This document shows positions 63,355 through 64,000 of a stretch of DNA of 64,000 nt, piece after piece (within the stretch, counting starts at the first letter, position 1; each line of letters begins with the position of its first letter). Source of the stretch: an uncultured virus (IMG/VR IMGVR_UViG_3300015610_002171). Lineage: Duplodnaviria > Heunggongvirae > Uroviricota > Caudoviricetes. The position numbers and the translations under genes are program-made. The stretch lies in IMG/VR virus record IMGVR_UViG_3300015610_002171, one strand, 5' to 3'. Under the pieces are notes generated by a model, which was not told the DNA's origin, ran no database searches, and saw only the letters and a list, made by a program, of their open reading frames with translations.

Positions 63355-63741
63355 ATGGCAACAAGATCAAGAATAGGCATACTAAACAAAGACGGAACGG
63401 TAGAATCAGTTTACTGTCATTGGGATGGTTATCCTGATAATAACGGAAAAATATTATTAGAGTCTTATCAAACAAGAGAAAAAGTACAAGAATTGTTTGT
63501 AAAGGGAGACATGTCTTCTCTTCACTATCCTGTTTCCAATTGTAAATATTATGCTGATAGAGGAGAAACAGATGTTTCTTCCAGACTAGATCTAACATTA
63601 GATCAATATCGTTCAATTAGAGAAGAATATCAATATTATATAGACCAAAATAACCAATGGTGGTATAATCATTTGGGATGTAATTTCACTCCTCTTGAAG
63701 ATTACTTCAAAAACAAAAATATTGACGAAGACGAAAAATAA
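63355..63741 (+). CDS. Conserved phage protein (MxTRSRIG..YCHWDGYP family)
   Basis: Characteristic N-terminal motif. Confidence 0.75.
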   Translation: MATRSRIGILNKDGTVESVYCHWDGYPDNNGKILLESYQTREKVQELFVKGDMSSLHYPVSNCKYYADRGETDVSSRLDLTLDQYRSIREEYQYYIDQNNQWWYNHLGCNFTPLEDYFKNKNIDEDEK

Positions 63742-63767
63742 ATTCAACACAATAATTAACGAAACAA

Positions 63768-63830
63768 CGGAAATGGGTGCGTTAGAGCAGCACGCTCGTT
63801 TTGGGAACGAGAGGTTTCCTGTATTTCCGA
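63768..63830 (+). pseudogene. tRNA-Pro(UGG) lacking most of the T-arm
   Basis: Acceptor, D and anticodon arms intact; only TCCTGT of the T-arm remains. Confidence 0.7.
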
Positions 63831-63834
63831 CTAT

Positions 63835-63905
63835 TCGGGTATCATCTAACAGTAGGATGACAGACTTTGACTCTGTTCGTGAAAGTGCGAATCTTTCTAC
63901 TCGAA
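63835..63905 (+). tRNA. tRNA-Gln(UUG)
   Basis: Cloverleaf, loop CTTTGAC. Confidence 0.85.
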
Positions 63906-63914
63906 CTAATATAT

Positions 63915-63988
63915 GAAAACGTAGCTCGATTGGATACAGAGAAGCGGTTGTGAACCGCTATAAACGGGTTCAATTCCCGTACGTTCTA
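63915..63988 (+). tRNA. tRNA-His(GUG), imperfect acceptor stem
   Basis: AGCGG-TTGTGAA-CCGCT; canonical T-arm. Confidence 0.65.
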
Positions 63989-64000
63989 TAATCAATGAGC

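Noticed and set aside
1..64000. Genome-wide TAG recoding (code 15)
   Set aside because: Long genes are intact in the standard code and TAG-terminated ORFs have no convincing extensions; I found an internal TAG only in the PTH2 gene.

Overview
AT-rich, gene-dense 64-kb segment that reads as the accessory/early region of a large (jumbo) bacteriophage. It has no bacterial housekeeping operons. It carries phage markers (rIIA/rIIB, a phage sigma factor, Gp88-like Fe-S protein, HD nucleotidase, DEDD exonuclease), about 16 paralogues of an 'HRxDGPA' repeat protein family, NAD/ADP-ribose enzymes (macro, ADP-ribosylglycohydrolase, SLOG), a MoxR/VWA pair, a serpin-like protein, a TerD-domain protein, a radical SAM enzyme, two TnpB genes (one intact, one with a nonsense codon), four non-autonomous IS200/IS605-type elements, and tRNA clusters at 52.8-54.5, 56.5-57.0, 58.6-59.2 and 63.8-64.0 kb. 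Top observations: (1) the PTH2(peptidyl-tRNA hydrolase)-HD fusion gene begins RBS-ATG-TTG-TAG, with an in-frame amber at codon 3, and the window also encodes a Trp-like tRNA with a CUA anticodon, a candidate readthrough-gated system; (2) three copies of a covarying hairpin ncRNA lie among the tRNAs, next to several tRNA mimics with remodelled anticodon arms; (3) stand-alone cassettes resembling TnpB guide RNAs; (4) a sigma factor apparently split before region 4.2; (5) a phage serpin. All calls come from manual reading; no database searches were run. Many small hypothetical ORFs are not listed individually.
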